A stretch of 64,000 nt of DNA, counting the filler, from Sphacelaria rigidula (Eukaryota), in assembly GCA_964200075.2 (NCBI GenBank). It is 5 parts of 5 records of this genome, joined end to end, with 100 filler letters (N's around TTAATTAATTAA, not from the genome) between each part and the next. Parts side by side here need not be neighbours in the genome. Positions count along the whole stretch, not along the records: positions 12,855 to 25,604 come from CAXNAA020003445.1; positions 25,705 to 38,454 come from CAXNAA020003446.1; 3 more parts are not named here. One strand, written 5' to 3'. Below, in pieces: positions 24,884 through 37,950 of this stretch; within the stretch, counting starts at the first letter, position 1, and every line of letters begins with the position of its first letter. Made by a program: the position numbers and the translations under genes. The notes below the pieces were generated by a model that was given only the letters and a program-made list of their open reading frames with translations, was not told the DNA's origin and did no database searches.

Positions 24884-25172
24884 ATCGATCGCTGCCCTGC
24901 CAAGGCCGTGTTTCTTGATGCAGTACTTGAGGGACGAGTACATATTCACGGGCACTCCCCTATCTCGCGCAGCACGGCCACGGCCTTTCCTCCCCCGATT
25001 TTTGGTCGATTGGCGAGATCGTTCGCTGAGATGCGCAACAAAAGCCAGGGCTGCGCAGTGACAGAGAGACAGATGGATGCTGTCTTCGCGCCGTTGGCCC
25101 TCTAGAATATCAACAACTAAGGTGTTTAAGAGCTCGGACGAGCGATGCCAAGTTTCCTCCGCGAAAGGCGAC
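24884..25172 (-). CDS. Exon of uncharacterised gene (SPFAEETW...GLGRAAID)
   Basis: TGCAG acceptor, GAT/GTGAGT donor, 289 nt open, ends in phase 0 matching the 24509 exon. Confidence 0.5.
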
Positions 25173-25542
25173 CTGCATCATGCATGTCGGAGATGCGACG
25201 GCGTCGGGAGGGGTCAGCAGTTATGTTTTCATTGCGTGGTTTTTTCGAGGCCTGGGTGAGTGGGAAAGCTCCCCTTGTCGGGGGTTTGGACAGCTTACCT
25301 GTACAGACCACCAACGCCTGCACAAAATCACCCCCCCATTCCATTCACGTCCGGCGTTTCCTCGTGAGCTACTTGGAAACGGAGGGTAGTCAATGTTTCA
25401 ATGCAACTGATTTTCTACAGTAAGCAGGAGCGTCACAACCGCTGGGATAACAACAGCAGCGAGAGCAAGCGAACAGTCTAATATAAAGATGATCGAGACA
25501 GGTGCCCGCCTTGTACCCGACTAAGAATGACGAAGGGAGACG

Positions 25543-25604
25543 GGAAGGGGGGGGGTGTACTCATGATCATGCATGCCATAGTCGTAAGACCATTGACCTC
25601 GCAT
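25543..25604. repeat. G-run/GTACTCAT repeat start, cut by contig end
   Basis: ggggggggtgtactcatgatcatgcatgccatagtcgtaagaccattgacc. Confidence 0.8.
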
Positions 25605-25704
25605 NNNNNNNNNNNNNNNNNNNNNNNNNNNNNNNNNNNNNNNNNNNNTTAATTAATTAANNNNNNNNNNNNNNNNNNNNNNNNNNNNNNNNNNNNNNNN
25701 NNNN
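25605..25704. other. Artificial contig linker
   Basis: N44-TTAATTAATTAA-N44. Confidence 0.99.
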
Positions 25705-27369
25705 CTGTTAAATACCACGTCGCACAGTTTCGAGCACCATTTTTTTTTTCCGTTTCCATTTTCCAAGATCGGATGAATGCCACCGCGCATATTTTTATTG
25801 CACTGACCTCAACCAATAGAAAGCCAGAGCTCCACATTTCTAAAAATGAGCGACTTACGCCTGAAACAGTTTCACTGCCGAATGCCTCTGCGCAGACGTT
25901 TCATGAGGTCTTACGCGCTTCCTCTACGAGTGAGGTCTTGCCACTAGAGCCTCTGATATAACGGGGTAGGATTGTCGATCTGTAGCTGTAAGCATACGAT
26001 TGTTACAGGCAGAAACACACAAACTAAATCAATGGCCGCATCAGAGCGAATTACCAAAGTCTCGTACGATATGCTACACACTCAATCTAGAGAAAAAAAT
26101 GTCGGTTGTGCCAGGATACCCCTTTTGAAGCGTAGTATTTACCATGTGCGATGTGCTTGTACATGTGTCTAGCGTTTAGATTCTGAAATAATCCAGATCG
26201 TGCTCGTACTCAAGACGGGCAGAGCCCAGGCTCGTTGCCCGGTGGTGGAGTGAGGTCAAGGTACGGTGAGAAAGCATCTCCCGTTTGACAGGGATGAACA
26301 AAAAAAAGCACGGAGCGGGAATTGCCATCATCCACTACTCAAACGATCTTCCGCCGAATATCAAGGGAAGATGCCATGTCAAGATATGATATCTATAGGA
26401 GTGCATAGGCCAACCTTGTAAAACAAGGCCAAGAGACACAAAAGGATGGTGACGTTTGTCATGGATTAGACAACAGAGCAACGCTTTTGTAAGTACCGCA
26501 TACGAGGTCTACTTGAAAAAAGAGGTACCAACAAGCCTTCACGTCCAACATGATCTGAATGTACCCAACCTACCCTCAGATGCTCTTGTAGGACAAGGAT
26601 CAAGTAAACCAGACGCGGGACACCACAACACACTTAACACACCACGAGGATTCACCCCATACAAAAATATCAAGAAAGACAAACGAGACCCCAGAAATGC
26701 GACCACTAAAACCGAGCAAGATCATACCTCCAGTCCCAAACGACAGGACAAGCTTGATCGTCTGCCTGCAATCGATAGATGACTGCATCGTCTGTGCCTA
26801 TTGAGCGACAAAAAACAAGAGTGTGAACATTGGTGAAACCAAAAATAGTAATGACCAAACATAGCATCGAAGTATGTATATTAAAAAAAATCATATGTGA
26901 GAACGCCTACAGATATCAAACTCTCTTCGTCGCCCCGCACAAGACGGACACGGCGTTTGTTCGTCTGTTGTGTGGGACAAATGTACAACACAGGGGCGGG
27001 GGGTGGTGGTATTCATATGACCGCAGATCACCAAGTATATCACCCGAGACCATATGAACGCAACCTCCATACTTCCCTAGACTGCGGTGACCACGACGTG
27101 ATGGTGGAACTCTGTGAAAATATCTCAAGATATTTTGCTACACGTTATACTCAAGCAGTAGCGAGTGCCTGGCTTGAATAGTGAGGTGGGTGTGGTTCAT
27201 CATCCCTGGTGATATTTTCCGCAGCCAAAGTAAATTTGAAGGACACATCACACGCGAATATCTCGTTTTATTCGAGTACACCTTCCCTAAAGAAAAATGG
27301 CAAAACTCCTATCTTTCCTCTGTACAAAATGAAGCCGCACCCCCCCCTTTCCCCCGAGGTCAATAGTCT

Positions 27370-27432
27370 TATGGCTACGAGTATGGCATGTAAGATCATG
27401 AGTGCCCTCCCTTCCCCCCCCCTCCCCCCCCC
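27370..27432. repeat. G-run/GTACTCAT repeat, short inverted copy
   Basis: tatggcatgtaagatcatgagtgccctcccttcccccccc is the reverse complement of the family start. Confidence 0.6.
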
Positions 27433-27856
27433 TCTCTCGAGCCCTCAGAGGAACCAAGTCATTAAATCATGCAAATAATGACACCGAAAAATATCAAAAA
27501 CGGTGAGCAGTTGTAGCGGTGCTGGCACCATGGAGTGAGCCTCTCTACTTCGAGATACCTTCAGTAGGAATCTTTACTCCCTACCGCGAGATCATTGATG
27601 AAACACAAAGATACCCCAGCCGCGGACAGTTCGTAGGGGTCACGCATGAAGACACAAATTGAAAACTTACAGTAGCCCTGCCCTCAAAAGGGGTCAGTGA
27701 ACAAATTGAAGGGTCGAGGGGGTATGATCACCCCTTCGAGGGTCCACAAATATTTAGACAAGGTACCACATTTTTTCGGAGATCATTGTTTAGAACAAAT
27801 CACATGATGCCGAATGGAACTCTTGGAAACCGGGTCTTTCAGAGAATTAAAAGCTT

Positions 27857-27991
27857 TTAGACGAGGCTGGGAGGATCGTGGCGGCACCACCAGTTCTGGA
27901 ACTCTTGGAGACTGATCTTTCCGTCGTTGTCCTCGTCCATCATTATGATTGCCGCCTCCACCTCGGCCGGCCGCAGCTCCGCTCCTAGGTC
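27857..27991 (-). CDS. COPI-associated/EF-hand protein, terminal exon (second EF-hand)
   Basis: DLGAELRPAEVEAAIIMMDEDNDGKISLQEFQNWWCRHDPPSLV*; canonical loop DEDNDGKISLQE; CAG acceptor, phase 0, TAA stop. Confidence 0.9.
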   Translation of the reverse strand, partial: DLGAELRPAEVEAAIIMMDEDNDGKISLQEFQNWWCRHDPPSLV

Positions 27992-29959
27992 CTGTTACAA
28001 TCACAAGTGTTGTAATTCGAAGCAGTTCAGTTGTTGGGGGTGGGGGTCAGAACGATGATCCTGCCTCAAGCATTCATCAATGTAAAACAAAGCGTGCGCA
28101 AAAAATGATGCATTCACCGTTTTTCACTCGTGTATCTCGTAAATAGTTGTGAGCTATCTCATTGTGCGCAAGTATCTCGGGGACTGTCCGCCTCCCGAAG
28201 ATTCGAATTACGATGATTCGGACTAAAACCAAGAGTTTTACATCCATGGAAGATGACGACGGGTGGGGGGTAACTCTTCTGACTGGCCGTGACGGTGAAG
28301 CAGTGAGAAGTCGCAAGTAAGCGGTGGACTCACTTTGCAGCGTTATCCCCTTCCCGTTGAATAATGTGGAGGCTTTCTCCGAATAGAAGTCTCGCTTTTG
28401 CGTCATATTCCATTCAAAGTGGTCATTCCTCACGCTATGGATCGTTCTGAGATCAGAGGGGCACACGGCCTTTGGAATTATCTGCTCACATCCGCACAAC
28501 AAGGTGGCGGTACAGGAAACTAGCTTGGCTAAGGAATCAGGACTATGCTGGCGAGATCTGTCGCTGCCTCTGCGCCGGCTTGATACCTTACCCTCTATAA
28601 TTGACATTAGAAGATGATAAGTATTCCGAATGATCTCAGAAAGTCTCATGGTCATCGTTTCACCCCTTACAGCACCCTGAGCGCCTTGCACCGCCGAATC
28701 TGTGGTTTCAACACCCGTCTGCGATATCAAGCACCATATTCCGAAAGCATTTTCAGCATCGTCAGAAAGCGTTGTGCCTGGGCGCATAACCTCCAGAGCT
28801 ACAGCCTCCATACTGTTGAACGGGAATGACACCGCTCAGAGAGGGACCGCCCACTAAACTTGTACAGTGACATGAATCACCCTAAAGAATAAAACCCTGA
28901 ACGACCGCACTACATCGTCAGAAACTGTACTATGTAAACTGTCGACTACTGTCTATTGTGATAGACAGACGTAATATTCGATATCGTACGCGATACATAT
29001 TTGACGGTGTCATCTTTCGACCAGGGCGTGAAGAAAAATACAGTGGATGGGATCTGTACCGAGAAATTTCGAAATTTTGACCGCACTATTTCAGGATACC
29101 GCATTTTAGTACGACCTCACAAGGGTAAGATCGGTCCTGTACCCAAGAGCATCTTCAAGCTATACAAAGAGGTGGCGCCAAAACTTCAAGGCTTGGCTCT
29201 TGCGGTATTGTACGTTCGATCCCTCCAGGGTATCATCTTATCGGCCCGGTCATGTGCGTGCTGAAATATCATGCTACCGGCCGGTCCACGGTGAGTGCGC
29301 AGTTTCTTCCGAGCAGTCACCGGAACATGGGAGTTGCCCATATATTTGCGTCTTACGACCAGCGATTACGGCAGGCACGTAAATGGTACTTGGGTCTCAA
29401 CAGTGTCGCACAGTACAGGGTACCTCAGCACGGAACAACACCAAATATCTTATTCAAATATGACTTAGCATTTCTTTGAACCCCCTCATGGCCCTCGTTG
29501 AGACAGGTCCCGAGTCTCGAAGGAAGTCAACCCATCTCTTCCGGGCGCACCGTGCATAGCGGTTTACTGTCGACCTTGGATCACTTCCCCCGTAGGCCTT
29601 TGTCTTTTTACTGATAGTTACTGGACCCCTTACCTCGCGTTCTTACGCTTTTCCCAACGAGAACAAGTAAAAGGGACAATTACCGTTGGACTCGAACTGA
29701 ACATTCCGCCCGAAGTGGCCCACGTATACGAACTTGATCACCAGGGCGCGACGGCACTTGATTTTTCGCATTCCATTCGGGGTGCTTCGCTGATGTAGCT
29801 TTAGTTTTCATAAGATACACTTTCGGCGATTATCCGCGGTCATTTTCGCGCTGCCCGATCTTTTCTTGTCAACACTCACCTCTGTTCCGTTCCATGATGT
29901 CTATCGTACATCACTCAGAGAACGTATAGGGACCAGTTCTAAACGCAGCCGCTATAATC

Positions 29960-30098
29960 CACACCCTGGACAAAAAATGGCGTTGCCAAAAATATACTGC
30001 GTACAGTATGGGATATATTGTCTAATGCAATAGACAAAAGATCCCATACTGTACGCAGTACATTTTTTTTGGCGATGTAATCTTTTGTCCAGGGTGTA
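29960..30098. mobile_element. 139-bp fold-back MITE of the CACAC..GGACA family (intronic)
   Basis: TIRs cacaccctggacaaaa / ttttgtccagggtgta; internal palindrome tactgcgtacagtatgggat / atcccatactgtacgcagta; flanks ctataatc / ctataatt. Confidence 0.85.
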
Positions 30099-30397
30099 CT
30101 ATAATTCCTCCATGATTTTGAAAACGACGTATGTTGTGACCCCGTTCCTAGTGAGAGATGCGCAACCGGCAATAGGCACAGATTGGAGGTTAGCGCACGA
30201 AGTCTTGGCTTACGAATGGAGGAAACATCCAGGGCACTCACTCACTCACTCACTTACTCTCCGTGTGAACGATACAAAAAAAAAAGTAAAACAAAACGCG
30301 CCTGATCGGCATGACGCAAAATAGGGGCTATCAAATCAGAGCTTCCAGTCGCGCACGGATGGCATTGCACTCTGCCAACGCAAACAAACGAACTGAC

Positions 30398-30432
30398 CTC
30401 CAGCAAGTTGCCGAGCTCCCTGACGTCCAGCA
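30398..30432 (-). CDS. COPI-associated/EF-hand protein, 35-nt exon completing EF-hand 1 (VLDVRELGNLLE)
   Basis: CAG acceptor, GAG/GTCAGT donor; phase 1 join gives the loop DKNRDGVLDVRE. Confidence 0.88.
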
Positions 30433-32229
30433 CTGCCCCGGTTGGTTTGTCGGTTTCGAGTGTGACGAGCATTGCGAAGTAAAAACACACACGCAAATGG
30501 TGGACGGCGGCAGCGGCGAGGGGCAAGCAACACCACGCACCGAAGCAATAACAAGAGAAGGTGAAATGAGATCCAAAGGTTAGCAGAAGAGCAGGAGCAC
30601 GACGCTCGACACAACGTAAGCATGACGCCCACGCTATTTTGTCGTCGTACACAAAACGTGCGTAGATTCTGCCACTTCGGAAGAGTTTGAGTGCGAGCGA
30701 GGAGAGCCGTGTCTGCGTGCGGTAGCCCGCAACTAAAAAGGAATATCGAGCCTGCTGTGTGCGACTGCAGCCGGTTCAGCCGTTCAACGAAGCTACGCGT
30801 TGACTCCTTGATACGGGAAAGGGGTGCAAAAACGCTGCCATAGCCGAGTGAAGGTGCTTCGAAGTCAGACAGATCATTGCGTATCCGGCCCCTTCCCTGA
30901 ATTTCCAATCAAACTGCGATTCAATTTCTGATCTAGTTACGAACACTCATCTTGCAGCGCGTATGACATGAAAAGGTTTGGGGCGAAACAAGGACAACTG
31001 AAGCATTAAAATGTTCATGAGAAACTCAGTTTTTTTTTTTATTCCCGCTGTCCAGCAATCCTCAAAAACCGTTCAATTTCGTAGCCTGACGACCGTGTCA
31101 GATTTATTCTATCCGTTTTCGCCGTTACCGCACCTCAATTTTTTTTCTCTCCTCCGAGTTTCTTTCTGCGAGCGTTTCTACGCCATTATATGGAGTATGA
31201 CTCATATCGTGACTACAGCTGGATTTAGAGCGGATCAGCTACTGCGCTGAAATGGGTTGAGGCCAACCAATCCAGTGTATCCAGCGAATCCAGTAAAAAC
31301 AAAAATCCGACATGACGTTGAAAAACATGAGCGTAAGCGTAATATGTCGAGGATACTATAAAGTGTCTGCACAATTTCATCATACTACAATTTTGGAATA
31401 CTGCGAGTCCTGCTTTGCTCGCGATCATAGTACGCGCGGTTGTTTGCTTTGCGTTCATCTCGTGTATCGCAGCAGGCAGCAGCAATCAGGCATATCGTTG
31501 GCTTTGCACGTAACCGGGGTAATTAGACACGATACAATATATCTAGCACGGGGTATTGTTTTGGGAGTCAAGTTATGCGCCAATATTCCCTCTCTACCCC
31601 AACCAAAGAATCGCACCAATGACCAGCAAAAAACTTCAAAATATATATTGATACCAGAGGCACCAAGGATATCATTTCGGAACCTCATCAGCGGCGGCAT
31701 ATCAATCAAACGTGGACGCTCCAGCTGAGGTGCTACTTTCTGTTTGCGAGCACCACTACCCAATGACCGCACATCGCGTGTCCCAAAGTTCCCCACTCCT
31801 GACTTTTCCCCCCCAACGCAGTGGATTGATTCGACACGATGGTTGATTGAGTATTGCTCACGAATTGCTCCGCTTCGAGTGCAGCGGTAGTGACAAAACA
31901 TAGACGTCCCCAAGGAACCGAACTGGTCAAGATTCGTCCGGGGAAAGCTCGTGGAGGCGGAATGATGGAATGAAGGGTAGAAGAAAGGGGGGAAAAAACT
32001 GGGCAAAAATGAAGATGGAACAAATGACAAGAAGAATTACGGCAGGATTGTTCCTTCACACGCTTGCAGCGCTCCACCTACGAGGGTCTACCTGAAGGGG
32101 ATTTGGTGCCCAAGATGTTCATCTACAGTAGTACTCTAAAAACGCTTGTGAGAGATGTCCCCTTTCGAAATAAATCATTTTTCATGTCAATCCATTTGAA
32201 ATTGATCACCCGTCTCATGTGTACAATAC

Positions 32230-32346
32230 CTCCGTCGCGGTTCTTGTCGAACTTGGTGAACATGCTTGCCACCAGGCGTGGATCTTTCATCTTGGTCACG
32301 AGGGCTTCCAAGTTTTCGGTCGCCTTTTGACCCCAGTAGATCATCC
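32230..32346 (-). CDS. COPI-associated/EF-hand protein exon (GMIYWGQKATENLEALVTKMKDPRLVASMFTKFDKNRDG)
   Basis: CAG acceptor, G/GTATTG donor, phase 1/1. Confidence 0.88.
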
Positions 32347-33229
32347 CTGGGTGATTTCGGTACAAGAAAACAACACACACATGCATATGCATGAAAACAA
32401 TAATCCTCACGCTTCGATTGTTTGTTCATTATTGTACCAGCCACAGTGGACAACCATTTTCTAGCGCAGAATAAAACATTAAATTTTATTCACTGTACCT
32501 ACATACGACTGGCTTGATTTTGATTGCCTCTTGATAAATTTCGCAAAACACATTGTGAAATAACCGAAACTTCGAGAAAGAAAGAAAGCAGGCATGCATA
32601 CAAGGAAAAAAACCCGCCTTGCTTGCTGCCCACAGTTTTGTGCTCCAGTGAAGAAAAATACCCTCTTCACATGAAATGATACAAGCCATACTCTACTCCT
32701 ATACAATGAAATAACAAGAGTGTCAACGAAAGGTGAAGATACTGCTGTGTTAGTTCGTGTCTCTTCTGGGTGCATGTGGGGCCAATTCTCCACCTTTGGG
32801 CCGTCAGAGTGGGGCACGTGGGCCCGACATTCGTTTTTCGAGTTCTATATGACGCGGACTCGACAGGTAACCCACCCTAGCGGCCCGCAGGGCTGACCAG
32901 TAAGGCATACCGCGTCACCCAAGGGGGGCTGATGAGAAATAGGCGAACCCCATTTCCCAGCGAATTTCAAACAAATCACGTGATCGAAAAAATCAGGAGG
33001 AAAAAAGGGAGTATCTGTCAATATTCGTGGAACATACGACAATCCACCACACCATACCGCATCATGTCACATCGACAGGCGCCCGTCTAATGATTGTCTC
33101 ATGCAAGCAAGTGGTGGGAGAGCAGATATCTCGAGTCACCCAAACTGACAAAAAAAGTTGATTCCTCTCCCGCCCCCGTCATTCCAACCGCCACCCCTCT
33201 CCCCCAAAGACGAGAAAGCTGGAACCAAC

Positions 33230-33281
33230 CTGCTCCAAGCCCCATGAGGTAGATTCCAAGCAGAATATCCATGAATTGCCA
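33230..33281 (-). CDS. COPI-associated/EF-hand protein exon (WQFMDILLGIYLMGLGA, predicted TM helix)
   Basis: CTCGCAG acceptor, AG/GTTGGT donor, phase 0/1. Confidence 0.85.
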
Positions 33282-33780
33282 CTGCGAGTGGGCGAACGCA
33301 CAAAAAATCAATCAAGAGGGGCGGAGAACCGTGCGCGGAGATGAGGGACTGACACGATTTGAAAATGCAAATCCGAGACATACTACAATAGGGGGTGGGG
33401 TATGTGAAAATGCTGCCCCAGATAATGAGATCCACGGATATGATGCACAGCGACACGCATGTGTATATGTATTTTTGGTTTGAATGACGTTGTCTAGCTA
33501 CTGACATGTTGCTAAATATCGACATCTACTTTAGTTCATCCCTTCGGAATAGCAAGACCTCATTTCGGAACAATATCCAGTGCTGACCCTCACATGCAGT
33601 CAACCCCGAATCAACAACTGAGCAGCCCCGGTCTGCCTCGAAGCGCGGCCCCCCACTGACGAACATCCTACTTTAATTGCGATGCCCCACCCTCGCCTCA
33701 TGCGATCTTATTCAACGGAGGTGGCTCCCTTTTACATACTTCCAGTATTCCACTTGATGTTCATTTGGCAAAGAGTCGTG

Positions 33781-33927
33781 TTAACCCTTTGGGAACTAGA
33801 CCCCCAGGGAGAGCTGATTTTTGTTCTGGTGAATCGGCATCATTTTCAGCCATTTTCAAGTCAAAATAATGCCGATCCACAAAGATTCACAAAACAAAGA
33901 TCAGCACTTCAGTTCTCAAAGGGTTAA
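33781..33927. mobile_element. piggyBac-like MITE with TTAA TSDs (intronic)
   Basis: TTAA-ccctttgggaact ... agttctcaaaggg-TTAA; core gaatcggcatcattttca shared with the 19.4-kb units. Confidence 0.8.
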
Positions 33928-34949
33928 ATGGGGGTACTCTCTAAAAACACTGTAGTGAAACCAAGTAATTATCGATTTCTAGGCATATCATTGATGATCT
34001 TGAGCTCCTGCTGCTCAACAGGAAAGTACTCTACACTGGTAAAAAACAACAACGGTGGAGTGATGCTATTGTAGGGGTTGCACTTTTTCAGCGAAAACGT
34101 TTCTCGGGGAGTTGGACGGGGCATTTTGAGAATTGACATCATTTTGACTTGAAGACTGAAAATGATGCCGATTCACGAAAAGGCCCCTGCGTGCATCTCC
34201 ATTAAGCCCTATATATTCAGGCTCCTACGAAAACGAGATCCAGAAACGAAAAGGGCGACCCCTATCGTAACGTTGCTCCGGGTACCGTTGTGCAGACAAC
34301 CATGTAGGGAACACGACGCACCACTCTGATTCTTGTGTTAACTTCAAGGGTCGGATGAATTAAATGATTCGTCTGGAAATTGCTTGATCTTAGTGTAAAT
34401 GATTCGTATCGTATGAATCAAATCCGTAGGTTTTGTTTTTAGCGTTGCAACCCAGGTACGCGCAGCTCAGGCACGTGGAATGGCGCAAAAATTGCGTGCA
34501 AGTCCTCTTGGATCACCCGTCAACTTTGTTGTCTTTTTTTCGCAATCAGGCCTGAAAAATCGTGGATTTGGTGATTCGAACCGGCGATGATTCGTCCGAA
34601 CCGCGATGAACTTGAATGCCCTGGAAAAAAGTCGAGCTTGGCAATGCGACATGTTTTGCTCGTTTTCGTGAGGCAACTTGGTAGGTCGGAATCACCTTCG
34701 CTCGGGGAGAAACACATGGAAGCAAAAATACATGTGCGCCAAGTCTCAGCGGCAGAAGATGATTGCTCCAGAACCAAGAGGCCCTGTTGACCAAGACCAG
34801 GGTTTCTAAATAGAATAATTCCATCACTATTAACGCAACTGTGCACAATCGAAAAAATCATGCGGCGCTACGACGACATCATGACCTCAGAACCCGAGCA
34901 CAATATGCGCGTACTCTGGTGCTTCTACTGGGAACAGATTACGTTTTTG

Positions 34950-35180
34950 CAAGGTTGTGTTCTGCAGGGTATGCTCCAAAGTGAGGGTATCATCGGTGCG
35001 CAAAAAAATCACAGTCAAAGTAAAAATAAAATAAAATAAAATAAAATAAAATAAAATAAAATAAAATAAAATAAAATAAAATAAAATAATAAATAATAAA
35101 TAATAATAAAATGAGAAGAAGAAAATACTAAACCACACCGGAGTGTGTTCCGAACACTCCGGTATCGTCCGGGGGGATAT
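34950..35180. repeat. CAAGGTTGTG-terminus repeat fragment containing an (AAAAT)n microsatellite
   Basis: caaggttgtgttctgcagggta; AAAAT repeats at about 35022-35090; hairpin accggagtgt / acactccggt. Confidence 0.6.
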
Positions 35181-35924
35181 TCGTTGACAAAAAAAAACTA
35201 TTTTGTACTCATGTACAGTACATGCCCGATTTTCAGCAGGTGTATCCTACAAAGCACAAGCTTCGTTTGTTCCGTGAGGAGGGTAGGCGACAAAACACTG
35301 TACACATACTACACAAACATCTTGCGAACGTGATGTGCTCGGTAAGCATACGCCACACGCACACTGTTCATCTCCAGCCCTCGTGCGCAAGTCCCCCAAG
35401 GCTCGCCCCCTGCACGGCTGCGAACGCTACGCCTGGTGTAACGGCAATTTCTCCAGTTTTTCAGGAGCTGTAACAAGTTGTGTGTACTTCTGGGGCAGAG
35501 GGAATATAGCTGCTGCATTTTTGCCGCCTGTGCCACGAATGTTACTGTCTGTATTGTGCCACCATCTTGTACCCCTATGCTGTCCTCTATTTTGTCCAAA
35601 GCGTATCGCTAATCGACCATTATCGGCTTCGCACAGCCGCCATACAACCCACCGCACAGCACGAAATCGACTGACCGTCGAACATCTTCTACGCTTCTTT
35701 TCACGTCTTTCTTCGGCCTGGATGCTCAAGACACCGCCGTCAGATGTTTCGACCCCGAACAAACGACACTTCAGCTGAGAAATTGACACACCAAAAGAAC
35801 CGTGGGGCTTGCAAGGATGAGAATGACTACGAGTGAGTGTAGACGGCACACGTGCCACAGACAACGCCTTCAAGCCGCTCTTGTAATGGACGAAAGACCT
35901 TCAACAGAGCCATGCTACGATAGT

Positions 35925-36004
35925 AGGGGGGTGTACTCATGATCATGCATGCCATAGTCATGAGACCATTGACGTACGTGGGTGGGGGGGTGGGGGGGGG
36001 GGAT
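35925..36004. repeat. G-run/GTACTCAT repeat, short copy
   Basis: gggggggtgtactcatgatcatgcatgccatagtcatgagaccattgac. Confidence 0.75.
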
Positions 36005-36741
36005 TTGGGGCTGTTTTCTTCAACGAAATTCAACTTTCAATTGTCATTGATAACGGCAACGGTAGTTCATACGCGTTTGCTTCCGATTTATAACGCGCAT
36101 TGATACTGTTTGACACCGCTTGTACCCAAATCCAAGCGCACCGCGGGTGTGTTGGGTCGTCTGACGCACCCAAGAGCCCATTTGTTCGTGGAATCGAACA
36201 CCCCCCCCCCTACCGTAGCATGACTCAACAGTAGTCTTAAAAAATCACAACGTGGGGATAAGTCAGCGGTAACGATTATTATTATTATATTATATCCATC
36301 ACATTAGCTCGATCTCTCGAACCCGTGGTCACAGAGTGCAATACAAATCGTGAATGTAGCGGGGTATTGCGGTGGCGCTTGTGGCGGGTAAATATGACGT
36401 TGTGCCATCCGGGTCGTAAGGCTGCAGATTGTGTTCGGCAGGTTGGTTCGGGGTATACAGGCAGCGCGGTTGACGTCTCGAGAACAGGGTACCGCTTCGT
36501 GGTCGCGCTCCGGACACTTTCTACGATAGCCCGCCCCCCATCAAACCAGCCCAAAACTTTCACGAAGAAAACGGTAGTATACCGCGTGATGGTTGGTCTT
36601 CAGATTGCCTTGAGCGCCTCATATAGAGGACATTGGCGAAAGCGAACCAGAGCGCGGGAATTTCCAGCTGCTCGTTGCGCTCGACTCTATTTTTAATTCG
36701 ATTTACGTGTAGATTTTGCCTCCCCAAACCAGCCACTTCTT

Positions 36742-36830
36742 GGGGGGGAGGGGTGGGGGGGGGCGCACTCATTTGTTGCTTGCCTTAGTCGTGTGACCAT
36801 TGACCACGCATCCCTTTCGAGACGGAGCAG
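36742..36830. repeat. G-run repeat subfamily copy, near-identical to 46130-46210
   Basis: ggggcg(c/t)act(c/a)atttgttgcttgccttagtcg..tgaccattgaccacgcatccctttcgaga. Confidence 0.8.
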
Positions 36831-37220
36831 GAGGGGGGGGGGTCCTATCGTAGAAAGTGTCTCCGAAATTTTCAACGCACTTGCCCAACAGAAGGTTTCT
36901 CCGAAACCGCCAAAATATAACTGGTCGATGCAGAGAAGGGTGAACTATCGTGTTGCAGGAAACGACTTTAGACCGAATTCCTGTCAGCGTCCAGGCCAAT
37001 GAACATCCGTCCTGTGTGGGGAAAGACGAGAGTGAAACATCACCGAAGTCCTTACTCGATCGCAAATAAAAAAGGAAAAGACGAAAACTTCGGGTATCCA
37101 ACGGGGGAACACAAGGATCTAAACAGCGCGCAACGTCACCCCATTCCAACCCATCTTGAAAGATGGCTCATCATCCAGATAGAAGACGCACTTTCCAAAG
37201 CGGCTCGTGCACGTACGTAC

Positions 37221-37307
37221 CTGAGCGAGGGCAAGCGTCCCCACGAAAAAGAAGAAAGCTCCCCGTCCCCAGACCACGGTTACGAAGGCGAAATACTTGT
37301 GGATGTT
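37221..37307 (-). CDS. COPI-associated (TVP15-like) domain exon; 5' part of the gene not located, possibly beyond the contig end
   Basis: NIHKYFAFVTVVWGRGAFFFFVGTLALAQ fits the COPI_assoc motif kyfgFl...GRg.fyiFvG; CTCGCAG acceptor, CAG/GTACGT donor, phase 0/0. Confidence 0.85.
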
Positions 37308-37769
37308 CTGCGAGGCAACATAACATAGAGGACAATGGCGGGGCAAAAGCCGTGCAGGGACGGAGGGGGTATGAAGTGTCGGGCGAATGGATAGCACCGT
37401 CGCCGGAGGTTCTGAACGCAAGCCTTAATGGTAACGCTTCGTGCAACGGATACTGCCCGATGAGGGCTTCAAGCAGTTGTTGCGCTGTCACGGCATCGCA
37501 CATCTTTCCAATGAAAAAAAGCGCACGTTTTCCAAAGTGGCGCGTGCGGCTTGCCGCACACGGCAATTTTCCAGCACCCATATTTTCGCGGCGGGCGAAC
37601 ATAAATTGAGAAGTCCCCTTTTGGCGTCGAAGGCTGTGCGACGAATGCGAGCAGAGCGTTTTTAATCCACTCAGAAACAGCACCATGTGACGGTAAAACA
37701 GCACTCAAGAAACTGAGACGCGATATCCAGATTCAGTTCATCTAGTGCCTCTGCTAGTAATATATCGAT

Positions 37770-37950
37770 TTGAGTATAGAAACTTATGTGCGCCATGTCT
37801 CGAGATAGATAACGAATTAGGTGGGGGTTAGGGTATCCATCGTCTCCCCGTCCTCTAGAGAATGTACACACCAAAAATAGTCGTCACTCGCAGAATGTAT
37901 CGATCGGAGGCATCATACAGATTCTGGTGTGGACGCTATCTCCACTTATA
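37770..37950. repeat. Dispersed repeat family (ctcgagatagat...), copy 2
   Basis: matches 7720-7890. Confidence 0.7.

Noticed and set aside
28077-28832. 251-aa minus-strand ORF inside the last intron of the COPI/EF-hand gene
   Set aside because: No recognisable motif and not needed for the in-phase gene model; cannot be supported as coding without a search.
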